Assembly: GCA_043228905.1 (NCBI GenBank) | Contig: JBHGNT010000012.1 | Location: 14,136,001 to 14,200,000, forward strand | Length of the DNA: 64,000 nt | Reading direction: 5' to 3' | Source: Azolla caroliniana | Taxonomy: Eukaryota; Plantae; Polypodiophyta | Shown: positions 1 through 10,860 of the stretch, one piece after another | Position numbering within the stretch: the first letter of the stretch is position 1 | Layout of the letters: the number at the start of each line of letters is the position of its first letter | The notes under the pieces: model-generated | The model's input: the letters and a program-made list of their open reading frames with translations, nothing else | Told to the model about the DNA's origin: nothing | Database searches by the model: none | Translations under genes and position numbers: made by a program

Positions 1-112
1 CATGATAGCTAATTAGCTACTAGACCAGCTAATAAGCTACTAGAACAACTCATTAGATACTAGAATAGCTAATTAGCTACTAAGATAGTTAACTAGTTAC
101 GAGAATAACTAG
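1..112. repeat. Degenerate TAGCTAATTAGCTA palindrome array
   Basis: Same 14-bp perfect palindrome as the array at 4180-5560. Also present at 2148-2200 and 8217-8270. Confidence 0.9.
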
Positions 113-130
113 TTCCCCTTTATTACGCAG

Positions 131-1969
131 GTCGATTTATTTATTAGGTTCAAATGAGTGCATCCAAATATCAAAGTTCAACTACGAACATTCGAGTCTC
201 TTAAGCCACACTTTGTGAGACGCTTAAAGGATCGATACACATGTTGTTGCATTTACCATGTATAGATGGGTTTTCTGAAGGACTGTTAATCTACTACGTC
301 ACCATAGCGCATCCCTAACTAATACAGTTTGCACATGTGGGTGCCCAATCTGTCGATCAAGCCCGCAAGAGGAGTGTAAATCATCTGAGCACGTTATCTC
401 TTCCATGAGTTATTTATTAGATTCAATATTGTGTCCGAGAGAAACTGACGCTATCCTCCATAGTCATAAATGTGTCATGGGTTTATGTCAAGATTGTGGC
501 CCTACTAGATTTAGGTGGTGTCTAAATGAATTGAGTAGTGAAATATTGATATCTGTGAACTTATTTGAGTCAATGAACACCAATTTCGAAGGAAAGGTGT
601 GTAAAAGAAAGGATCTAGTTTAGAAGATGCTTAAACCAAGGGATTTGGTGTCTCTGTTTGTAGTATCTCTAGGAAAGTTCATTAAACACAACTTCATTTA
701 TTCATGGCAGACCCATCAGTTTAAGACTTGCATATCTGATTTCCCAAATGATGTAGTAGTTTCAGTAGTAGATTTCGCAGAGAATTATACTTTCAAGCAA
801 CAGAATGAAATTCAATCTATGCATTGGTGTTCAGTTCAGGTAACCATTTTTGTGCACATAACATATTTTCGAGTTTCAGGTGATGTTAAAAAAGTAATTC
901 ATTTCTTTATTTCTGATGATAAGAAGCATGATACCTTGTTCGTCCAACACTGTTTGAAGTTACATTGGCAGTGGTTATTAGCTCAACGTTTGGAGCTTAG
1001 TCAACATTGGGTCTGGTCTGACGGAGCTGCGTCACAATTCCAGGCTCGACATCCATTTTATTTTGTGGGGAGGAATCCTGCTATAACAGGTTTGGAGATG
1101 AGATGGAAATTTTTGGGTCTAGCCATGGTAAAGGTGAACATGATGGTGCAAGGGATGTTATAAAGCGGGCACTTACCCATGAACAACTAAAGATAGATGG
1201 TGTGCACATAAATTGTGCATCACATGTAGTTAAATTTTTAAGAACAAATATGTCAACGAGTGCAACAGGTGTTTATTCCTCGCAAGTCCGAGATATCAAA
1301 CGTGAATTTTGGGAAGTGAAGATAGATGAAGTAAATAGGGAGAAGACCTGGGAGTGCCAAGGAATTCCCGAATTGCGATCTCTGCATGCTATTCGCGGTT
1401 ATTCCAGGTTGGATGGTCATTGTATTGCGGTTAGAGAATTGACTTGATTTTGCTTCCATTGTGTGCAGGGAAATTGGAGATATTGTCTAAACAAAGAATA
1501 CATTCAGAATTGGGAGTATCACACTCTGAATGATAAGGAAGCAGTTGATGGAGAAACAGGGCAGAATGCTGACTTCACATATGAGGGACTTGGAGATACT
1601 TTGAGTGATGTCTTGAACGTTGGGGATAACTTCGTTGTAAATGCTGAAGAAGGCAATTTAGAGGGTGCCGATTTCTATATATTGAAGTGCACGGTTAATA
1701 AATAGTGTGCAAGGCTGAATATTCTAGATGCATGGGGAAATTTTGTATCTCCTAGGACATTCTACATCGAAGGCATTTTTTATGCAAAACTAGATGACTA
1801 CGAATATGTGTACAGGTTGTTAGAAGACAAACCAACATCGTACATGTACTCTCATTTGGTCAGGTGCATCAACGTCCCAATGTCAGAATACAATAGCTGC
1901 TTAGGTTTATACACTATTGGTGCTAATGTGTATGAATGTATTTACAATAGTATGCCATGGAATTTGTAG
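131..1969 (+). pseudogene. Sola2-like DDD transposase, disrupted by stops and frameshifts
   Basis: ORFs 405-623, 627-1163, 1103-1447 and 1463-1705 join into one protein. It has Cys-rich N-terminal motifs, then VDFAENY..Q..HW, FISDD..HD, WSDGAASQF and GSSHGKGEHDG. I recognise these as the Sola2-type catalytic motif series. There is a splice acceptor (cgcag) at 130. Confidence 0.7.
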
Positions 1970-3094
1970 CTACAAGTAGCAATTACCATGTTCTCTTGTA
2001 AAGCAAACATGTATTTCGCGAAAACAGTTAAATAAATTCGTTTGAGAATCAATTTCTTGTATACAATCTGCTTTCTACGCTTCTTTCTCAATAAAATCAT
2101 GTCTTTTTTGTTAAGTTTTAAGTTATAAGTTATAGGAAATAGTCATCAGTAGCTAATTAGCTGTACAAATGTAGCTAATTAGCTATCAATAGCTAAATAG
2201 TCATCAATAGCATGAAATCAACAATCTACAACATATTCCTCAAATTACACAATAGATAAGTACAGTGGGAACAAGTAATTAAATTCTTCATTGAATAATG
2301 TCATCTCTTTACATATTTATAAATTACCATTGGAAATGTCTACAAATCTCCTATAAACAGCTAAGCTCTTGCTAGTCAGTGGAACGAGTGTACATATATT
2401 ATCCGCATATCGAGCTCGGTATGGAGTCCACAACCATGCACCTAGTTGGCAGCTCACTGTTTGCACCAAGTACTGTTCAGGCATTTCCTCGGGTAGAATG
2501 AGACAACATCTCCGAATATTGAAGTAGTGTCGGAAATGTTCTGTATCCAAAATCAATGTGTTGTCGGCATTATATTCAGGCCAAGTAGCCCAAAAATAAA
2601 AAAGTCTCTTGAATCTTGCAGCTTCCATTTGCTCACAATTTTCTCGTGCCCATTGACCTTTAAAATGACTTCGCCATTTTGGGAAGAATCTTGCTAAACA
2701 CTTCCACACATCTGATTTTGGTTTTTCACTCCAAATAAACAAATCAAAGTATTGCACAACCCACTCTAGAAACTGATTCGCGTCCCTCCTTGGCTGCATA
2801 TATCTCACACTCATCAAGACTTTATCAAGCTCGAAGATCAAGTCTCTTCTTTTGACTTCTAGTGGTTTAGGTTTCCATTCCTGAAACTAAGCCCCTGTTA
2901 CACCATTTTCTGGTAGGACACGATCAATCTCAATCAGCTCAGGTTCGGCCGACACAACTGGCGTCCTTTTCCTCTTCAAACCCCTAGTCGATTGTGTTGG
3001 GCCTGGCTTCACATTCTGGTGCTCTTGTTTTGTCGACTTAGTTATCAATCCTTGGATTACCTCGGTGCATGTAGCTACTGATCTGCTCGATATC

Positions 3095-3285
3095 AGTCCA
3101 CTGGTATCACATGCTGCATCTACCTGCAACATCAAGTCATCCGTGCAACATGCTACATCTACCTGCAACATCAAGTCATATGTGCAACATGCTGCATCTA
3201 CATGCAACATCAAGTCATCCGTGCAACGTGCTTGATCAACTTGTGGGACCAGATCACTTGTGTTAGTTGCTACATCTACTTTATA
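3095..3285 (-). repeat. 39-bp coding tandem repeat (DDLMLQVDAACCT, about 4 copies)
   Basis: Repeated catctacctgcaacatcaagtcatccgtgcaacatgct inside ORF 2887-3450. Confidence 0.85.
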
Positions 3286-4179
3286 GATGGGGCCCTTTAA
3301 ACACGCCACAACATCAACAGTATCCACACTGCCATTGGCCTTACGAGCAATAGAATCAAACTCTTTAGACTCTGCAACATCAGAAAACACCAACATATTC
3401 ACACTCACAAAGTAACTAACAGTCTCACAAAACAACATCCTAAACATCAAAGAGTTTCAGTCATAGAAGAACACTCTTCAAATTATCTTGGAAAAACATC
3501 ATAGAGTTCCATTACATAATGTGGATCAAGCAACAACCAATCTGAGGTTTTACTTGTCCAACAGGATAGTAAAACTTCCTAAAACCCTAACAAAATCCCT
3601 AACCTAACAATCATATCCAACTAAACAGTATTTCGTTCCACTACGTCTGGGCCCCTTGACCAAGTAACTGGTCTTGTTCCCGATCGTGGCCCCTTCTTCA
3701 GCCTTTTTCTGGTCGGTTGCCCATTTAGCCTTGCTTCTTTCACCCAATGTGCAAGTGTGTCCTCCTCCGACAACCTTCCCATCGCCTCAGCAGCTAATTG
3801 CACATCAACCGTTAATTGCGCTAGCTTTTCAAGTACAGAGGGATCTGTTTGGACATTTTCAGTAGTTGGGCTCGGTTTAGTGGAATCAAGGTCTTGAGAT
3901 ATGAAGAAATGTTGCATCAAGTGTTCATAAACATTGTTGTTGTGAACCTCAGTTTTACATGTTGTTTCCACTATTTCATGGCATTTCACATCGTTGCCTA
4001 ATTCAGTACACTGTTCCAAAAGAATAGGGTGGAGCTGATCTGAAGGAGATGTGATAGCAGGACTCTTACTTTCAGCCACGTTGGCAGCAATATCCTCATC
4101 TGTTGCAGCGTCATTAGCACTAGACACATCATGTGCCGTCCTTAATCCACAAGATTGTACAATAACATGGCTGCTATTT

Positions 4180-5560
4180 AGGATAGCTAATTAGCTACTT
4201 TACTAAACTATGGTAGTAGCTAGGATAGCTAATTAGCTACTTTACTCAACTATGGTAGTAGCTAGGATAGCTAATTAGCTACTTTACTAAGTATGGTAGT
4301 AGCTAGGATAGCTAATTAGCTACTTTACTCAACTATGGCAGTAGCTAGGATAGCTAATTAGCTACTTTACTAAGTATGGTAGTAGCTAGGATAGCTAATT
4401 AGCTACTTTACTCAACTATGGCAGTAGCGAGGATAGCTAATTAGCTACTTTACTAAGTATGGTAGTAGCTAGGATAGCTAATTAGCTACTTTACTCAACT
4501 ATGGTAGTAGCTAGGATAGCTAATTAGCTACTTTAGTAACTATGGTAGTAGCTAGGATAGCTAATTAGCTACTTTACTCAACTATGGCAGTAGCTCGGAT
4601 AACTAATTAGCTACTTTACTCAACTAAGGTAGTATGTAGGATAGCTAATTAGCTACTATGGTAGCTAATTAGCTACTTTACTCAACTATGGTAGTAGCTA
4701 GGATAGTTAATTAGCTACTTTAGTAACTATGGTAGTAGCTAGGATAGCTAATTAGCTACTTTACTCAACTATGGCAGTAGCTAGGATAGCTAATTAGCTA
4801 CTTTACTCAACTAAGGTAATAGCTAGGATAGCTAATTAGCTACTTTTCTCAACTATGGTAATAGCGAGGATAGCTAATTAGCTACTTTTCTCAACTATAG
4901 TAATAGCTAGGATAGCTAATTAGCTACTTTACACAACTATGGCAGTAGCCAATTAGCTAGTAGAATAGCTAATTAGCTACTAGGATAGCTAATTAGCTAC
5001 TTTCTCAACTATGTAGTAGCTAGGATAGCTTATTAGCTACTAGGATAGCTTATTAGCTACTTTACACAACTATGGCAGTAGCTAATTAGCTACTAGGATA
5101 GCTAATTAGCTGCCAGTAGCTAATTAGCTAGTAGGATAGCTAATTAGCTAGTAGGATAGCTAATTAGCTTTTTTACACAACTATGGTACTAGCTAATTAG
5201 CTATGAGTAGCTAATTAGCTACTAGGATAGCTAATTAGCTAGTACCATAGCTAATTAGCTACTAGGATAGCTAATTAGCTAGTAGCTCATTAGCTGCCAG
5301 TAGCTAACTAGCTGCTAGTAGGATTGCTAATTAGCTACTTTACACAACTATGGTACTAGCTAATTAGCTATGAGTAGCTAATTAGCTAGTAGCTAACTAG
5401 CTGCCAGTAGGATAGCTAATTAGCTAGTAGCTAACTAGATACCACTTAGCTAGTTAACTACTGTAGTAAACTATGGCAGTAGCTAATTAGCTAATAGGAT
5501 AGCTATTAGCTGCTTTAATCAACTATGGTAGTGGCTAATTAGCTACAACAATAGCAACAA
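4180..5560. repeat. Satellite of about 42-bp units built on the palindrome TAGCTAATTAGCTA
   Basis: Unit ggatagctaattagctactttactcaactatggtagtagcta, decaying into roughly 20-bp half units rightwards. Confidence 0.95.
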
Positions 5561-7012
5561 AATAGTTTCCATACTTTTTACGGCTTAGCTAATTAGAAAA
5601 GACTAAGTTTATTAGCTACAGTATGGTATACCTGTTAGTTTTCTCCACTCATTTGGAAGAGTTGTACTGCAATCTCCCAAACAGAATGCAGCAATTCGAC
5701 AGGCATGTTGAAAACAAAGCAGATGGTATGTGTGGTTACATGGTTGTAGGTGAACCAACAACGACGCAGTTTTGTCATCCACACCTAACCCGCAAGCGAT
5801 GCAACGTGCTTGAACTGTCAATAAATCATTTTTTGGTTCTCCTTCATTTGGTAAGCGAGCAATAATGTTCAGGTCCAAATCCTGTCTGGTCGTTACCATT
5901 CCCTCCACAAAATGTAGGTGCTTCTTAAGGCAGCTAACTACATGTTCTTGATGAATGTATTGTTCCTTCAATGCAATAGAGAAATTTACCGATTAATTAT
6001 TCCTGTCTAAGAAAGATACACCAACTTTGCGCAGGAATCGTTAACTTACTTGAAGCTTTTCCAAATTGTAATCTACAATAGTATTTACACCTAGAAGGTC
6101 CAAGTTCATTGAAAGAACCTGGATCTCTATTTGCAGTTGTATTTTACGCTAGGGATCTAGTGGCCCCTCTAATTCAAGCTCCTGTTGCGCAACCTATTCC
6201 AGATAATGCTTGATTAGCACATTTTACCTTAAAGTTATTTATAACACAATCACATACCAGCAAGACAATAGTTACCTGAATCTTATTTCTAATCGTTGTA
6301 ACAGCGGAAGTAACTTTGCTCTCCATTGCAGAAGCCATTGTGGCTTTCTCTAAATCAGTCTTAAAAAATGCCAATGTCTCACAGGCGTCATGGACATTTT
6401 TTAGCATATAGCTAACCAATGTCTCATTTGTATCATCGACATTGGCTTTCCTTGGGTGTCGGTGTTGTGTATGCCCCCGGTTTTGCTGGGAGTCGGTAGT
6501 TGCATCAACAGCTGCCATGCTCCAAAATCTGTCTATTTTTTGTGCCAAGGTTCCCATCTTTCGGCATCTTTTTACCGATGCCTCACCATAGACTGCCCAA
6601 GCTACCATATACATTTCAGGGTCTCTGGATTCCTTCCCTGTTTTGCAGTACTCATATGCAAATGCTCTAGGAAATGAAACTGACAACTCATTGTTGACTG
6701 GGATCTCCTGATGAACTTTCTGGTGCAGCCTCATGCAATCATCGTACAAGTGGGCTCGTACATGCTTCAGCTTGACCTTGCCTTTGACTCTAGGCACTGT
6801 ATATACTGTCATCTAGTCTACATCACTGATCAATTTATCACTTAGGACAGCAAGGTCAACACCCTCGAGTGACAGACCATAGGTATCGTGGAAGTCCTCC
6901 TTTGTCTCGCAAAATTTTGCGAAGTTTAGCACTCTCGAATACGGAGGAACAAGCCATCTGAAATATCATTTCAGAAATCAGAAGTAGTGCAAAATCAGAA
7001 TATGTCAGAATC

Positions 7013-7535
7013 AAAAACCCCAATCAACAATAACAGAAATAGTGCAAAATCTTTAACTTAGCAAATCAAAAACCCTAATCATAATTTGTATTCAGAAATT
7101 TGAAATAAGAAACCCTAATCAAAATCTATAATCAGAAGTTTGAAATCAGAAACCCTAATCAAAATCTGTAATCAGAAGTTTGTAACCAGAAACCCTATTT
7201 AGAAATTCTAATCAGAAATTTATAATCAAAAACCCTAATCAGAAATTTCAATCAGAAATTTCAATCACAAACCCTAATCAGAAATTCTAAACAAAAATTT
7301 ATAAACAAAAACCCTATTAAGAAATTCTAATAAGAAATTCTAATCTGTAATCAAAATTTGTAACCAAAAACCCTATTCAGAAATTCTAATGAGAAATTTA
7401 TAATAAAAAACCCTAATTAGAAATTTCAATCAGAAACCCTAATTAGAAATTTCAATCACAAACCCTAATCAGAAATTCTAATCAGAAATTTATAAACAAA
7501 AACCCTAATCAGAAATTTCAATCAGAAACCCCAAT
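7013..7535. repeat. AT-rich minisatellite containing telobox AAACCCTA
   Basis: About a dozen units of aaaccctaatcagaaatt(t/c)aatcagaaatt. Confidence 0.85.
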
Positions 7536-7622
7536 CATCACTAAAGACAGGATTAAACACAAAAAAAGTAATATAAACACACCTGCTGCTACTCCCCGAT
7601 CTGCGAGACATCCTTGTATGGG

Positions 7623-8048
7623 ACTCCAAGGACTTCACCCTATTCGATTTTAGGGAAATATGAATCGGCACCAAAGTTCAAACAGTAGTCAAAAAGAAAA
7701 AACAAATGTTTAGGGTTTTTGTAACTGAAACATACCTGGACGATGATCGAGAGGGTTCTGTGTTGTAGCTCTCAATTTGCAATGTCAATTTTCTGCTGCT
7801 GCGGGAGCTACGTCTGCGTTCGTGCTCTGAGTACTCCAAGGACTTCACCCTATTCGATTTTAGGGAAATATGAATCGGCACCGAAGTTCAGACAGTAGTC
7901 AAAAAGAAAAAACAAATGTTTAGGGTTTTTGTAACTGAAACATACCTGGACGATGATCGAGAGGGTTCTGTGTTGTAGCTCTCAATTTGCAATGTCAATT
8001 TTCTGCTGCTGCGGGAGCTACGTCTGCGTTCGTGCTCTGAGTACTCCA
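7623..8048. repeat. 210-bp near-perfect tandem duplication
   Basis: actccaaggacttcacc starts at 7623 and again at 7833. The second copy ends with actcca at 8048. Confidence 0.95.
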
Positions 8049-8319
8049 TCTGCGTTCAAAATCAAACTTAGGCTAAACAGGAAATTGATGACATTGAAGT
8101 CGACCTTAGATGATGGTGCTATTCCCCAAGATCCACTACGTCTGAAACAGAAGTTCAAATATTTGAGTTTTTTCATAAATTAGTTTTTCAAATATTTGAT
8201 TTTCCCACAAAAAAGACTAGCTAAACAAATAGCTAATTAGCTATGGCCATTTTAGTAGCTAATTAGCTATAATAGTGTTTCCACTCGCATGCTTTTACCC
8301 CACAACAAAAGTATGTGAC

Positions 8320-9960
8320 AAAGATCTTGGAAATATTCAACATGTCAAAAGCAAAACCAATTGGGTTTGCGTTGCCGATTCAGAGAAGCCCAAATACAAA
8401 CCTCAACTCATCTCAAAGGGATTCAAACAAGAACATGGGGTCGACTACGACGAGATATTCTCATTAGTAATCAAAATGACCACCCTTTGGCTCCTACTTG
8501 GGGTCGTGGAGAATAAAATCCTAGAGCTTGAGGAGCTGGATGTCAAGACGACATTCCTACACGGACACTTGGAAGAAGACATCTATATGTCTCAACTGGT
8601 AGGCTTCACGGTGACCGGGGAGGAAGGTCACCTCGTCTGTCGATTGAAGAAAAGCCTCTATGGCTTAAAACAAGCGTCGAGGATGTGGTACCTCGACGTG
8701 GTACCAGAAGTTTGACTCCTACATCAGGCAACTTGGCTACCATTGGTCTGGCCCTGACCCATGCTTGTATATTCGGCAATTGGCCGATGAGTTCCAGATC
8801 TACCTGATCCTATATGTCAACGACATTCTAATTGTAGGGAGCAATCAAGCCGAGATCGAAAACTAAAGTGGAACCTTCACAAGAAATTTGCGATAAAGGA
8901 ACTCAGATAAGCCCGACATATATTGGGCATGAGGATCAAGCAAAATCAAATGGCAAAGACCCTCTAGCTCTCCCAGTCCAACTACATCCGAAAGATGTTG
9001 AGGTGCTTGCTTCAATATGGAGAACTCGAAGCCAGCACAACACTGCTTCCGACATCAATTCGACTATTGGACAGAGACTCTCCATCGACAGATGAGGAGA
9101 GAAAGCTCAATGGAAAGATACCCTATGCATCAGCTGTAGGAAGTGTCATGTATGTGATGGTGGCGACCCGACCCGACCTTGCATATGGCGTAGGGGTCAT
9201 TAGCCGGTACATGTAGAATCCATAATGAAAGCATTGGGAGGCCGTCAAGCACATCTTCAGGTATCTAAGAGGAACCAAAGACATACAACTGACTTTTGGA
9301 TCGGCAAATCCGGCCGAAGTTGATGGCTATACCAACATGCTATGCCGGAAATATGGATAATAGAAACTCGACATTAGGCTACCTTTTCACTTATGGTGGC
9401 AGCTGCACAATATCATGGAGATCGAAGCTTCAAGAGTGCACGGCCCTGTCCACTACAGAGGCAGAGTACATAACAACATTGGAGGTCGCGAAGGAAGCAA
9501 TCTGGCTGCACCGACTATCTGTTGATTTTTCGACGACAAATCAAATCGACCATCCAAAGCCGACCTTTTATTGTGACTCTCTGAGTGCAATACACCTCAT
9601 TCGAAATCCAATCTATCATGGGAAGACGGTACAGTTCCATCATATCCAGGAGCTCGTAATAGAGAAGAAGCTTGAAATCCAGAAGATCGACACCGAGGTG
9701 AACATCGTCGATTGCTTGACGAAACCACTCCTAGAACAACGCTTTCAAGCATTAAGGACAATGATGGGACTACGACAAGCAACCAAGCAGAAGAGTGTCG
9801 AACGAGTAGCAAAACATAAGTCGAAGATGGACCCGATCAGACAAGCCGAAATGGCAAAGTCCATAGAATCAGAATACCAAAAGCTTGAAGACGCATCACT
9901 AAACAAGGATGCCGACTAGAGATGAGACGATCCAGGGGCGAACGAATCTGAAAACAGATC
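8320..9960 (+). mobile_element. Degenerate Ty1/copia RT-RNase H fragment
   Basis: KGFKQEHGVDYDEIFS, LDVKTTFLHG, LKKSLYGLKQA, PYASAVGS, ALSTTEAEY and DCLTKPL, with several stops and frameshifts. Confidence 0.95.
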
Positions 9961-9984
9961 GAGGATCCAACGAGCAGCATACGT

Positions 9985-10524
9985 TGTTGGATGTGCCATT
10001 TTGAAGCTCTCGTAATGATTGATGAAGGCTTTCATTTTCTAGTTGAAGTTGTTCCAAGATTGCCATTACTTGGTTTAAGTTGTTGACCAAGTCGGACATG
10101 GTAACAAGAAGAGGAAGGTGAACAAACTGTCACGGACGACGAGGCTAAATACTAAGAGAGAGAGAGAGAGAGAGAGAGAGCATAGACAAGAGAGCAAGAA
10201 AGAGAGAGAGGAAGTAGACAAGAGGGCGAGAACTGAATTATGCTTCCGTAACTGGTGTTGTTCACCTTGATTGTAATCAAGGTGCACCCAAGTATGTATA
10301 CAAGAATGTGGAGATATGCATGTAAGCTAGGAAACATCTAGAGAGTGCATGAAGATGCATTCTCTAGAAGTTTCTTGAAAGTTCTAGTGATTAACCTACA
10401 TGTAATAAGTTGAATCTTATACAAGTCAATAATGTATAGATGGATGTAGCTCAACTAGTAAGGTTGCCCAATAAGACCAGGAGGTCATGGGTTCAACCCC
10501 CTACATTCCATTGAGTTCATGACA
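9985..10524 (-). mobile_element. 5' LTR (10128-10524) and gag start of a Tcn1-like gypsy element
   Basis: Minus-strand TGTCATG...GTGACA termini. ATG at 10099 begins a coiled-coil gag N-terminus (MSDLVNNLNQVMAILEQLQLENESL). The LTR core matches the LTR at 45600. Confidence 0.8.
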
Positions 10525-10529
10525 CTGTA

Positions 10530-10860
10530 GCTTAAGAACGTGTTCACGCTTAAGATACAAGATAGAAGGAGTTGTCCTATTATGCCAACAAACTCCCCCA
10601 TAAAAGGATGTAAAAACAATGATATGGGGTTATCTCCCCCGTAACCCTAGATTACAATTTTAATCTAAAGTTATGATTACAAGTCGATCAGCATATGGCC
10701 GAATCAACAGAGGTAAAGTTAGGATCTAGCCTGATTTGGCTAGTTGTCCGGATCGTATGTTATATGGGCCGGCTTGTCTGAGTTGGTCGGATTGACTTGT
10801 TCAAATCGTCTTGCGTCTGAAATGGCTCATTTGCCTAGATTGGCTCATGTCTTATTTTGA
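10530..10860 (-). mobile_element. Copia 3' UTR, PPT and LTR-start fragment
   Basis: Inverted homologue of 58385-58700. The minus strand reads GGGGGAGTT then TGTTGGCATAA. Confidence 0.75.

Larger units (their letters stand above)
2317..6960 (-). pseudogene. Multi-exon transposon accessory gene: unknown N-terminus, RING finger, 13-aa repeats, FCP1/NIF (HAD)-like C-terminal domain
   Basis: ORF 5612-5971 has CxxC..CxHxxHxxC..CxxxC (RING-H2-like). ORFs 2887-3450 and 2317-2841 are in the same frame, separated by one TAG. The latter has IFELDKVL, FLEWVVQYFDLFIWS and NTLILD, resembling FCP1/SCP phosphatases. Putative GT-AG intron at about 5631-4141. Confidence 0.55.

Noticed and set aside
4180-5560. 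CRISPR-like array
   Set aside because: The intervening sequences are themselves repeats rather than unique spacers. The context is eukaryotic and there are no cas genes.
7013-7535. Telomere or interstitial telomeric array
   Set aside because: AAACCCTA occurs singly within longer units, not as (CCCTAAA)n.
10441-10510. Genuine tRNA genes in LTRs
   Set aside because: The anticodon arms do not pair properly, so these are reported only as tRNA-like modules.
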